Shown in pieces: positions 53,130-63,972 of a stretch of DNA of 64,000 nucleotides (the first letter of the stretch is position 1; every line of letters begins with the position of its first letter). This stretch comes from Hypanus sabinus (Eukaryota). The notes below the pieces were generated by a model, which saw only the letters and a list, made by a program, of their open reading frames with translations, ran no database searches and had not been told where the DNA came from. The translations under genes and the position numbers were made by a program. The stretch lies in contig NC_082732.1 of assembly GCF_030144855.1 (NCBI RefSeq), positions 22,568,001-22,632,000 of the forward strand, read 5' to 3'.

Positions 53130-53582
53130 TGTCATGGTTTTTCGTGCCCCACAACCAGGAGACGTAGAAGATTCTTCAAGAAGTATTAAACTTTAATTTG
53201 CAAATCAAAGCTGAGACCGTCATTCAGCTAGTCGCTGATTGTCCACCGGTCCTTGTGCATAGCATTTTTTATAGCAATCTCCTGGTTTAGTTGCATTAGC
53301 ATATCCAATCGGTCTACAGTTGCGTATCACACGTACATCCGCCACTATTGTTTCTACCCATTGACTTAATCATGTTCTAATCTACATCTCTTAGCTAACT
53401 CATTAACACACTATTATAATCTACATCTCTTAGCTAGCCTATCATTAACACCCCATTATCTTCTACATTCTTAAGATTTCATTCTCCTACTAAATTGGAT
53501 ACATGCATAGCAAATAGCAAACTCAAAGCTGACTACATAGTTTTGGTTACACAGCAAACAATGCAACTTTTATACTCCAATA
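53130..53582 (-). repeat. ERV 3' LTR
   Basis: Follows the PPT and aligns with the 5' LTR. It carries an extra ~40-bp tandem unit. Confidence 0.93.
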
Positions 53583-53801
53583 TATCCCCCCTTTGAGACC
53601 CAGAGGGTCTCACACAGAGAAAGAAAACTAAGAGTCTGCGCCCAAAAGCCCCAATAAACTCAAGCACTTATTCCCAAATCTCGGGTTAAACTATAATTTT
53701 CTGCGCCAAGACATCAAAGTATTCTTTCCCTGTTACCCTGGGCCGCTGAGCCAAAAACCTGTCCCTCTGTACCTGAGACAGGGAAAAAAAATCAGAAGCC
53801 C

Positions 53802-54423
53802 TTACAATCTACTCCCACATTGTCGTTTTTGCTCTTGTTCATCCTGCAGGTGTTGTAGGCTGTAACGATACATCTTCGGTGTTTCTTTCTCCACTAAGCT
53901 TGCTTCAGTAATTGCCACGAGCATCGGAAATTGTTTGGTTGCAGCACGCACTACAAGAGACTTGAGACAAGGAAGAAAACAGCACAGCACAAGCACACAG
54001 CTCAACAATACAATACAGACAGTTATTGCCATTTTAGTCAGCCATGCTCCCCATCCTCCGAGTCTACTTTCTAACAGTCAAATAACTGACGTCCGGACCC
54101 TGCATTCTGTTTAACTTCCTTTCTTAGAATTTTCAACTTATACATTGCCTTAGTAAACCATCCTTCTGAACTAGTGTTATTTGGTATAAAAGTACAGCAC
54201 TTCTCTCCAAACATCACACAAACTCCTCCTTTTTCTGCCACATTTTGCTAGTTCCATCTAACTGTTCTCCCAAGGCCTCCAGTGCATCATTGGTGTAGTT
54301 GATGAATCTTTGCTGATTGTAATATATATAATTTATCCATTCAATGTTCTTAATAGTTCCTATCAAGGGTAGAGATGTTTCGAAGCCTGCAGCAATCTCA
54401 TTTCTCGCCTTAAATTCGTTAGG
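53802..54423 (-). pseudogene. ERV env transmembrane-subunit remnant
   Basis: EFKARNEIAAGFE...WINYIYYNQQRFINYT, then in another frame AEKGGVCVMFGEKCC (CX6CC), a hydrophobic anchor AITVCIVLLSCVLVLCC and a cytoplasmic tail. Confidence 0.92.
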
Positions 54424-55085
54424 TCGGTAACTCATCAATGCTAACGGTAAAGCATCAACCCAATTAAGTTTAGTGTCTGCACAAATTTTGTTCAGTTTGG
54501 CTTTCAGGGTTCCATTAATTCTCTCTACCATGCCCTGCAACTGAGGGTGGTATACCCATCCAAATCTTTGCTTTATCCTCAGCGCTTGTAGTACCAATTT
54601 GACCACTTTCTGGATAAAAGCTGAACCATTGTCTGAGCTAACTCCTGTAGGTATTCCAAACCTTGGGATCACTTCATCTGTCAGAAATTTTACCACCGTC
54701 TTTGCCCCTTGATCTCTTGAAGGTACCACCTCCACCCATCTGCTAAATCGATCAATTACTACCAGCATGTATCTTTTCCCTCTCACTGTCTTTATCATGT
54801 CTACGTCCTTCAGGTACAGGAATGTGACCTATTGGGGTTGTAATTCCCTACTCTGTGCAAATACCTCGCACTGTGACAAGACAAAGTCCACTGAAGCCTG
54901 TAAATAAGGTGCCCAAAAACCATCCTTCTTTATTTTCTTTATCACTTCCCTCCTTGCACAATGGTCAATCCCATGCGCTTCTGAAATCAGAATCATCAGT
55001 AGAGGGGTGGGTGCTACCAACAAACCGTCTTCCATGCTCCACAAGCCTTCCGGGTTCTGCTTGGCCCCCCTTCGTCTCCACATTG
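54424..55085 (-). pseudogene. ERV integrase remnant (HHCC domain and DD35E core), frameshifted
   Basis: EAHGIDH...QCEV(F) zinc-binding part, then VIDRFSRW / SSDNGSAF / 35 residues / ERINGTLK. Confidence 0.93.
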
Positions 55086-55173
55086 TCTGTCCTGCCACGG
55101 TTGCCAATTTTGTCGTGGTTTCCTATTCTGTTCTGCCCCTACAGACCTCTATTCAGAGCGGTATCCACATAAC

Positions 55174-55422
55174 TTTCTCTTTGCACCTCGTCTATTCAGA
55201 CCCTTATTTCTTAAGGCGGTATCCACGAGGACTTTCTCTATTTTCCTTTCCCTGCCCGTTCAGACCTTCGTTTCATATGAAGCGACATCCACAGGGATTT
55301 TCTCTTTGCACCTCGTCTATTCAGACCCTTCTCTCTCAAGACGGTATCCACGAGGATTTTCTCTATTTTCCTTTCCCTGCCCATTCAGACCTTCGTTTCA
55401 TATGAAGCGGCATCCACAGGGA
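55174..55422. repeat. Two-copy 125-bp tandem repeat in the ERV leader
   Basis: Unit TTTCTCTTTGCACCTCGTCTATTCAGACCC...ATCCACAGGGA starts at 55174 and 55299. Confidence 0.9.
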
Positions 55423-55754
55423 CTTATCAACACCACGTGGAATTTTTCTTCACTTAACTTCTTATTAGCTTATTTGTACTTACCCTCACTGCAGTGTTCT
55501 TGACCAATCCTCTGAGCCTCCTGTTAACCCCCAATTCTGCCAGATTCTTTGGACCGGAGAGATCCTTCGGCAGTGGTTCCACACTTCTGAGACTCCAAGT
55601 CTTCCCAAAACCAACAGAATTCTTAGTCCAAGTTGTCGCAAAAAGCGCTTACCTTTTGTTTGGGTGCACCCTTAATTCTGTTAGCCTTGTGGGGTCCCTA
55701 GAGGACTGGGAAGCGTCCCCAATCTGCTGTTTCCTTTCCGCGGGTCTCTTTCCG

Positions 55755-55772
55755 GTCCTGTCGTGGTCGCCA
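55755..55772 (-). other. Primer-binding site (tRNA-Arg)
   Basis: TGGCGACCACGACAGGAC, 4 nt after the 5' LTR. It matches 16/18 to the complement of the vertebrate tRNA-Arg(TCG) 3' end (TGGCGACCGCGGCAGGAC, recalled from memory). Confidence 0.85.
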
Positions 55773-55776
55773 ATTT

Positions 55777-56180
55777 TGTTGTGGTTTCTCGTGCCCCACA
55801 AACGACCAGGAGACGCAGAAGATTGTTCAAGAAGTATTAAACTTTAATTTGCAAATCAAAGCTGAGACAGTTGCTAGTTGCTGATTGCCCACCGATCCTT
55901 GTACATAGCATTTTTTATAGCAGTCTCCTGGTTTAGTTGCATTAGCATATCCAATCGGTCTACAGTTGCGTATCACAGGTACATCTGCCACTATTGTTTC
56001 TACCCATTGACTTAATCATGTTCTAATCTACATCTCTTAGCCACCTCTCATTAACACACCATTGTCTTCTACATTCTTAAGATTTCATTCTCCTACTAAA
56101 TTGGATACTAAATAGGAAGCTCAAAGCTGACCACATAGTTTTGGTTACACAGCAAACAATGCAATTTTTATACTCCAATT
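55777..56180 (-). repeat. ERV 5' LTR
   Basis: Aligns with 53130-53582 and ends ...ACA just before the PBS. TATAAA and ATTAAA are present on the minus strand. Confidence 0.93.
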
Positions 56181-57479
56181 CTTGCAGGCCAGCAGAGGGA
56201 AGGAATGCCTCATACTTCCTTTAGTAGAAACTATCCCCACCACAATCCCAAAGCACTATCTGAATAAATGTGGGAATTCTCCCGGTGTCCTGGTCAGCAT
56301 TAATCCCTCCAAAACTACAACATAAAAATGACTTGTTCATTTATCTTACTGACGTTCTTGAGAGCTTGCTATGTAATTTGGCTGCCACATTTGACACTAT
56401 TTACTTAGAACTAGCTGCACCTCTAGCCAAGCCATTCTGACATGGGCTTTACCTGACAATGTGGAAAACTGGCTGACAAACAGCAGTAAATCTCAATCGT
56501 CAACAAGGTGGTGGAAGCTATCATCAACAATTTCACCTGCTCGACAAGAACCTACTCACCAATGTGCATTTTGGGTTTCAACAGGACCACTTATTTCCAG
56601 ACTTCATCACACCCTTGGTGTAAATACGGACTGCCTTGGTCTAAACAGTGACTGCCCTTGGCTTAAAGGCAGAATTTGATTAAATGTGGTACCAAGGTGC
56701 TCTAGCAAGACTAGGTATCAAAGGGAGCATGCTCCAGTGTTTGGAGTCACAAAGGAAGATGGTCATGTTCATCAGAGGTCATCATCCCTGCCCCAGGATG
56801 TCACTGCAGGAGTTCCTGGAGAGAGTGTCCTTCCCAGCACTGATGACCTACCTTCCATCATAAATTCAGAAGCTGTCTCACACCTCTTGTGGTCCAGGTT
56901 TGACCCTAACATCTGGTGTTCTCTACATGGAGTTTGCATGTTCCCCCTGTGGGTTTTTCCCGGTGCTCCAGCTTCCTTCCATCTACAAAAGGAATCATCA
57001 GTTGACTACTGTAACTTCCTTCCAGTGGAGGTGGATGTCAAAAGATTGAGGCCGCATTAATGGGCAGGTGTGAGAAAAACATTTACAGGAAAATAATTGG
57101 GATTGATGAGATTGCCCTGGGGCAAGCAGAGACTCAAGGGATGGAATGGCCTTCTGCAGTGTATTATGAAGCTATGTAAGAATCGGTGATTCATTAATGA
57201 TTGCACGATGTTCATTTTCATTTGCAGCTCTTCAGCAAGTGACGAGGTATGTACCTATTTACAAGAGAAGCGAGACAACATTCAGGGATGGGCTGTTCAT
57301 TGACATTGTTCATGACGCAAAGTGTCAGGCAGTAGACATCTCCAGTGAACAAGAAGCTCAAGTAGAGCTTTGGTGATCCAGATTCAACCCTGACTTCCAT
57401 TGCTGTCTGTGTGGAGTTTGCATGTTCCTCCTGTGAGTGGTTGGGGTTCTTCTGGGTATTTTGGTTCCCTCCCATCTCC

Positions 57480-58340
57480 AATGGAATCACCGTCTAGGCT
57501 GAGCTTCCCCTCCCTTCCCTATTTCCACAGCGATCATTCTCTCCGTAACTCCCTTCCTGCTTCTTCCTCTCTACTGATCCCGGCACTTACCTCCACAGCT
57601 ATGCTAATGCTTGCCCCTCCACCTCTTAACCCCCATCCCCAATCAGGGCCCTAAACGGTCCTTCCAGGTGAGGCAGCACTTCACAATGTGCATCCATTGG
57701 TGCCTTTTATTGCAAGTCTGCTCCTGATGCAACTCCCTGTATGTCGGTGAGACCCGACGCAGACTGGGGCTATCGTTTCACTGATCACCTGCTGCAGCAG
57801 GCAAGGTCTTCTGGTGGCCAGCCATTTTAATTTCACTTCCCATTCCTACGCATCATATTCCATCTTGGTCGTCTCCACGCCGATGGCACCAACATCAATT
57901 TCTCCAACTACCAGTAATCACTTCCCTCTGTTCACAGTCTCCTCCGTTTTTTACTCCGTTAACCAGGTGGCCCCTTCATCCTTTCTCTTTCCCCTCCTCC
58001 ATCCTCACAACCCGCCCATCACCTTCTTCCTCCCTCTACTTCGCCACCTCTGTCCTTTTAATCCATGATTGACTCTATCTTCTTGCCTCTTCCACGTATC
58101 ACCTGCCAGCTTCTCATATCATTCCCACTCCCCCCTCATCTGCCCACCTTCCCTCTCTCACATGATTCACCTATCACCCACTAAGATGGTACTTCTCTCC
58201 ATAACCTCCCTCCACCCTTAATTCTGGCTTCTGCTCGCTTCCTTTCCTGACCAAGAGTCTTGGCCTATAGCGTCAATTGTTCATTTCCCTCCATAGGTGC
58301 TGCCTCATCTGCTGAGTTCCTCCAGCATTTTGTGTGCGTT
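57480..58340 (+). mobile_element. Decayed Penelope-like element
   Basis: GIY-YIG remnant (LYVGETRRRLG) and a degenerate pLTR; homologous to 61500-62550. Confidence 0.75.
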
Positions 58341-59014
58341 ATTGGAAATGTACAGTATTACCTGTCCTTCACTGTTACTGGTTTAGCACCCCAGAAATCT
58401 CTGTACAACAGCATCATTTTCAAAAAATGAGATACAGAATTCAAGAATGTAGTTCATTATCACCTTCACAAGGGCAAGCGAGTAACTAATAGAGATCAGT
58501 CTTGCCCGCAGTTCCCAGATCCCAGAAGTAAACAGAAAATTATCTGCAGCAGCTGCCCCGGTCCTATCTTCTCTATTGTTCACATATCAGTGGGGCCTGT
58601 TCCTGTCAGATGCAAGTTGCCTGGCCTGTGAATTGTCTGCCCTGCATGACTGCTTGTCTCCCAACAGCGACTGTGTTTGTCCTGGTCACTCCCTGCCCCC
58701 AACATGTTGCTTTACTGATTTGCAGTGACGTGTAAGATGTTTTCACATCAACAGCTTCTGTGAACTCTCTCACGTTTTTGTCAGCCTTTGGTTGTTTGTC
58801 AGTCTTAGTATAGTTTTTCATAAAATCTATTATTTTTTTTTAAGTTTCCTGTAAATGCCTGCAAGAAAATGACTCTCAAGCTAGTATATGGTAATATATG
58901 CTTACTTTGATAATAAATTCACTCTGACTTTTGATACTTTAGCAAATGGTTGGATCCCTTGGGTGCAGATGAGTGGTTTTCAGCTGCTAATGATGTTCAG
59001 TGAGTCAATCACAC

Positions 59015-62000
59015 ATCAGAAGTCCATAAAATATAGGATCAGAATTAGGGCATTCAACCCATCGTGTTTGCTCTGCTGTTACATTGTGGTTGAATTATTA
59101 TCCCTTTCAACCCCATTCTCCTACCTTGTCTCCATAACCTTTGACGCTCTGATTAATCAAGAGCCCTTCAACCTCTGCTTCAAATATACCCAGTGAATTG
59201 GCCTGTGTAGCTGGCTGTGGTACTGAATTCCACAGATTCACCAGCCTTTGTCTGAAGGAAATTTTCCCCTATCTCTGTTCCAAATGAACGTCTTTCAGTT
59301 CTGAAGTTGTACCCTCTGGTCCTAGACTCTGCCACATCCACTCTATCTAGGCCGTTCAAAATTCAATAGGGTTCATTCTTCTAAACTCCAGAGAGTACAG
59401 GCCCAGAGCTATCAAACAGTCCTCATATTAACCCTTTTGTTCCTGGAATCATCCTTGTGAACCTCCTCTGGACCCTCTCCAATGCCAGCACATCTTTTCA
59501 TGGATAAGGGGCCCAAAACTGCTCACAACACTCCAAGTGCAGACAGACTAATGCCTTATTAAGCCTCAGTACTAAATCCTTGCTTTTGTATTCTTGTCCT
59601 CTCGAAATGAATACTAACATTGCATTTCCCAACCTTACCACCAACCCAACCTGCAAAGTAACCTTTAGGAATCCTGTAGGAGAACCCCCAAGTCCCTTCG
59701 CACCTCTGATTTTTGAATTTTCTCCCCACTTAGAAAACAGTCTATGCCTTTAGTCCTTCTACTAAAGTGTATGACCATGCATTTCCCTACACTATTCTCC
59801 ATCTGCCATTTTTTTGCCTATTTCCCCCGAGTCCTTCCATTGACACCATGCTTTCTTAACGCTACCTGCCCCTCCATCTATCTTTGAATCATCCACAAAC
59901 TTGGTCACTAAGCCATCGATTCTGTCATCCAAATCATTGACATATAATGTGGAAAAAAGTGGTCCCAAACCTAACCCTGCGGCATATCACTGGCCACTGG
60001 CGGACTACTGAAGAAAGCCCCCTTTATTCCCACTCTTTGCCCCCTGCCATTCAGCCAATGTTCTATCCATTCTGGTACCTTTCCTGTAACACCATGTCCT
60101 CTTACTTTGTTAAGTAGCCTTGTGTGCGACACTTTGGCAAAGACCTTCTGAGAATCCAGATAAACCACTGACTCTCCCTTGTCTATCCTGACTGTTATTT
60201 CCTCAAGATACTCCGACAGATTTTTCCGGCAAGATTTTCCCATTAGAAAACTATGCTGACTTTGGCCTATGTAATCATTTTTCTCCAAGTACCCTGAGAC
60301 CTCATCCTTAATAAACAACTCCAACATCTTCTCAACCACTGAAGTCAGGCTAACTGGTCTATAATTTCCTTTCTTCTGCCTCCCTCCCTTCTTAAAGTGT
60401 GGAGTGAAATTTTCAATTTTCCAGTCCTCAAGAACCATTCCAGAATCTAGTGATTCTTGAAAGATCATTACTGATGTCTCTGCAACCTCTTCAGCCACTT
60501 CCTTCAGAACCCTGGGGTGTAGTCCTCTGATCCAGATGGCCTATCTAGCTTCCAGAGCACCTTCGCCTTAGTTATAGCAACTACACTCACTTCTGCCCCC
60601 TGACACACTGGAATTTCTGGCATTCTGCTTGTGTATTCCACAGTGAAGACTGATGCAAAACACTTATTAAGTTTATTATTACTTATCCCCATGGGTGCCC
60701 AGTCCCTATATACCTCCATCCCCCTACCAGGAAGGTCTCAAAGCTCTTCGCTTCTTTTTGGATTCCAGCCCTAACCAGTTCCCCTCTACCACCACTCTCC
60801 TCCGTCTAGTGGAATTAGTCCTTACTCTTAATACTTCCTCCTTTGGCTCCTCCCACTTACTCCAAACTAAAGGTGTAGCCATGGGCACCCATACGGGTCC
60901 CAGCTATGCCTGCCTTTTTGTTGGCTTTTTGTTGACTTTTCCTTCGCTACATCGACGACTGCATTGGCGCTGCCTCCTGCACGCATGCTGAGCTCGTCGA
61001 CTTCATTAACTTTGCCTCCAACTTTAACCCTGCCCTCAAATGTACCTGGTCTATTTCCGACACCACCCTCTCTTTTCTTGATCTTTCTGTCTCCATCTCT
61101 GGAGACAGCTTATCTACTGATGTCTGCTATAAGCCTATGGACTCCCACAGCTACCTGGACTATTCCTCTTCCCACCCTGTCTCTTGCAAAAATGCCATCC
61201 CCTTCTCACAATTCCTCCGTCTCTGCCACATCTGCTCTCCGGATGAGGCTTTTCATTCCAGGACGAAGGAGATGTCTTCCTGTTTTAAAGAAATGGGCTT
61301 CCCTTCCTCCACCATCAACTCTGCTCTCAAACGCATCTCTCCCATTTCACATACATCTGCCCTCACCCCATCCTCCCGCCACCCCACTCGGGATAGGGTT
61401 CCCCTTGTCCTCACCTACCACCCCACCAGCCTCCGGGTCCAACGTATAATTCTCTGTAACTTCCACCATCTCCAATGGGATCCCACTACCAAGCACATCT
61501 TTCCCTCCCCCCTCTTCCTGCTTTCCACAGGGATCACTCCCTACACGACTCCCTTGTCCATTCATCCCCCCCCCAACCCTTCCCACCGATCTCCCTCCTG
61601 GAACTTATCCTTATAAGCAGAACAAGTGCTACACTTCCTCCCTCACCACCGTTCAGGGTCCCAGACAGTCCTTCCAGGTGAGGAGACTCTTCACCTGTGA
61701 CACGTACGACATGCTGGAGGAACTCAGCAGGTCGGGCAGCATCCATGGAGACGAGCAGTCAGCGTTTCGGGCCGAGACCCTCCGTCAGGACAGGGCAGGG
61801 TACTTTGTGTTTACTTCACCTGTGAGTCGGCTGGTGTGGTATACTGCATCCGGTGCTCCCGGTGTGCCCGTCTATATATTTGTGAGACCCGACACAGACT
61901 GGGAGACCGTTTCGCTGAACACCTACGCTCAGTCTGCCAGAGAAAGCAGGATCTCCCAGTGGCCACACATTTTAATTCCACGTCCCATTCCCATTCTGAT

Positions 62001-62730
62001 ATGTCTATCCATGGCCTCCTCTACTGTCAAGATGAAGCCACACTCATGTTGGAGGAACGACACCTTATATACCGGCTGGGTAGCCTCCAAGCTGATGGCA
62101 TGAACACTGATTTCTCTAACTTCTAAAACTGCCCCTGCTCCCCTTCTTACCCCATCCCCTCCATTTATTTATTTACCCCCCCCCTTATTTTCTGTTTCCT
62201 TTTTCTCCCTCTGTCCCTCTCACAATAACTCCTTGCCTGTTCTCCATCTCCCTCTGGTGCTCCCCTCCCCCTTTCTTTCTCCTGAGGCCTCCCGTCCCAT
62301 GATCCTTTCCCTTCTCCAGCTCTGTATCACTTTCGCCAATCACCTTTCCAGCTCTTAGCTTCATCCCACCCCCTCCGGTCTTCTCCTTTCATTTCAGATC
62401 TCCCCCTCCCCCCACTACTTTCAAATCTCTTACTATCACTTCTTCCGGTTAGTCCTGACAAAGGGTCTCGGCCCGAAACATCAACAGCGCTTCTCCCTAT
62501 AGATGCTGCCTGGCCTGCTGCATTCCACCAGCATTTTGTGTGTGTTGCTTGTTAACAAGTTTGTCCGCCATTTCCTTGTCAAACATTACTACCTCTCCGT
62601 TGTCATTTTCCAGCAGTCCGATATCCACTCACTCGCACCTCTTTCTTACCCTTTATATATTTGAAAGAACTTTTTGTATCCTATTTTATATCATTGGCTA
62701 GCTTTCCTTGATAGTTCATCTTTCATTACC
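59015..62730 (-). mobile_element. CR1 LINE (ORF2 RT region) interrupted by a Penelope element
   Basis: ORF 59971-60498 contains FKKGGRQKKGNYRPVSLTSVV...SQHSF..GKSC...VYLD..KVF.KVSH. The CR1 resumes at ~62550. Confidence 0.92.
60675..62550 (+). mobile_element. Penelope-like retroelement (RT + GIY-YIG endonuclease), 5'-truncated and frameshifted
   Basis: KGVAMGT..GPSYACLFVG, RYIDD, DSHSYLDYSSSHP, and VYCIRCSRC..LYICETRHRLGDRFAEH (GIY-YIG). 3' pLTR with hammerhead-like CTGACAA-AGGGTCTCGGCCC-GAAA at ~62455-62478. Confidence 0.92.
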
Positions 62731-63184
62731 CTGTATCTGTGTTCTCTGAGGGTGGCAGGGAATGGAGGGTGACCCTGGGGAATGAGCATCTGACAATTTC
62801 CTCAGGATACCCCAAAATATTGTTTATACTCGCACTAATTTTGTTACACAGCCTCGGCAGCTGGGTCCTATTTGTGGCAGAAAAGCAGTTTAAAAGCAAA
62901 GAGTGAATTTGAAGTATGCAAGGAATGCAGAGAGAGAGAGCAACTGTGGGGAGATTGCAGGATAATGAAAGCTGAGGAATGCCATTTGCACACTATGTAT
63001 TTCGTCCAGGAGTGCCCTGTGAAGCATCTAATTGCTGTTGGGGTTGTTACTCTCTGGAGTTTATTCCTGATGTCAGCTTGGTTCAAAGGCAGCATGGTCG
63101 TCTCCCCCCCACCCACCCACCCCGGTACATAAATAATCTGTTTTACATTTCTGCAGGTGTCATTTTTCCGGGTGGGGCGGGTCA

Positions 63185-63972
63185 TCATATTTAAGTTTGC
63201 TGATGACACCACTGTTGTTGGTGGGAGGGAGCCACAGCAACAACCTCCCTCCATGTCAGCAAGACCAAAGAACCATTGAATACAGGAAGAAGAAACTGAA
63301 GACCCACGAACATCAGGGGATCATAGATGGCAAGTGTACTTAAATTCCTCAATGTTATCATTTCAGAAGATCGTACATACCATCACAAAGAAGTCACAGC
63401 AGTGCCTCCACTTTCTTAGAAGTCTGAGAAGATACGCGCGTCATCTAAAATTTTATAGATGCATGGTGGAGGGTATAACAACCGGTTGCGTCACAGCTTG
63501 GTATGGAAACTCCAATACCCTTGAATGGAAAAGCCTACAAAAAGTAATGGATACAGACCAATGCACCCTAAGTAAAGCCCTCCACACCACTGCACACATC
63601 TACAAGGGACAGCATTGCAGGAAAGGACCACCCCCCCCCCCCAACCACCATCAGGCTACGTTCTCTTCTCACTGCTGCCATTAGAAAGGAGGTACAGGAG
63701 CCTGAGGACCCACACAGTTATTACACCTCAACTATCAGGCCGTTGAACCAGAGGGGATAACTTCACTCGCCCCCAACACTGAACTGATCCCATAACCCAT
63801 GGACTCACTTTCAAGGACTCTTCATCTCATGTTCTCGATATTTATTGCTTATTTCTATTATGTATTTGCTCAGGTTGTTGGCTTTTCCACGTTGGTTGTT
63901 TGTCTATCCTTGCATTGTGTGTTTTTCATTGATTCTGTTGTTTCTTTGTAGTTACTGTGAATGCATGCAAGA
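63185..63972 (+). mobile_element. Rex1/Babar-like LINE 3' fragment
   Basis: KFADDTTVVG and KKSQQCLHFLRSLRR...FYRCMVE..TGCVTAWYGN, with the shared 3' UTR. Confidence 0.85.

Larger units (their letters stand above)
53130..56180 (-). mobile_element. Internally deleted class I (gamma/epsilon-like) endogenous retrovirus, 3051 bp
   Basis: Two homologous LTRs, 4-bp TSD CTTG (53126-53129 and 56181-56184), PBS, PPT (AAAGGGGGGATA, 53583-53594), integrase and env remnants. No recognisable gag, pro or RT. Confidence 0.95.
52845..56245 (-). mobile_element. Non-autonomous retroposon (SINE-like) split by the ERV: halves 52845-53129 and 56181-56245
   Basis: (ATG)n tail on the minus strand at ~52848-52860. 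The sequence TTGCCCAAGGATGA-CTTG-CAGGCCAGCAGAGGGAAGG is continuous across the ERV TSD. Confidence 0.55.

Noticed and set aside
55141-55425. CRISPR-like repeat array
   Set aside because: Eukaryotic retroviral leader; the units repeat in full with no unique spacers.
58355-58600. Minus-strand CAG|GTAATA donor as a further upstream FBLIM1 or TMEM82 exon
   Set aside because: No coding similarity or promoter support; a lone donor motif is insufficient.
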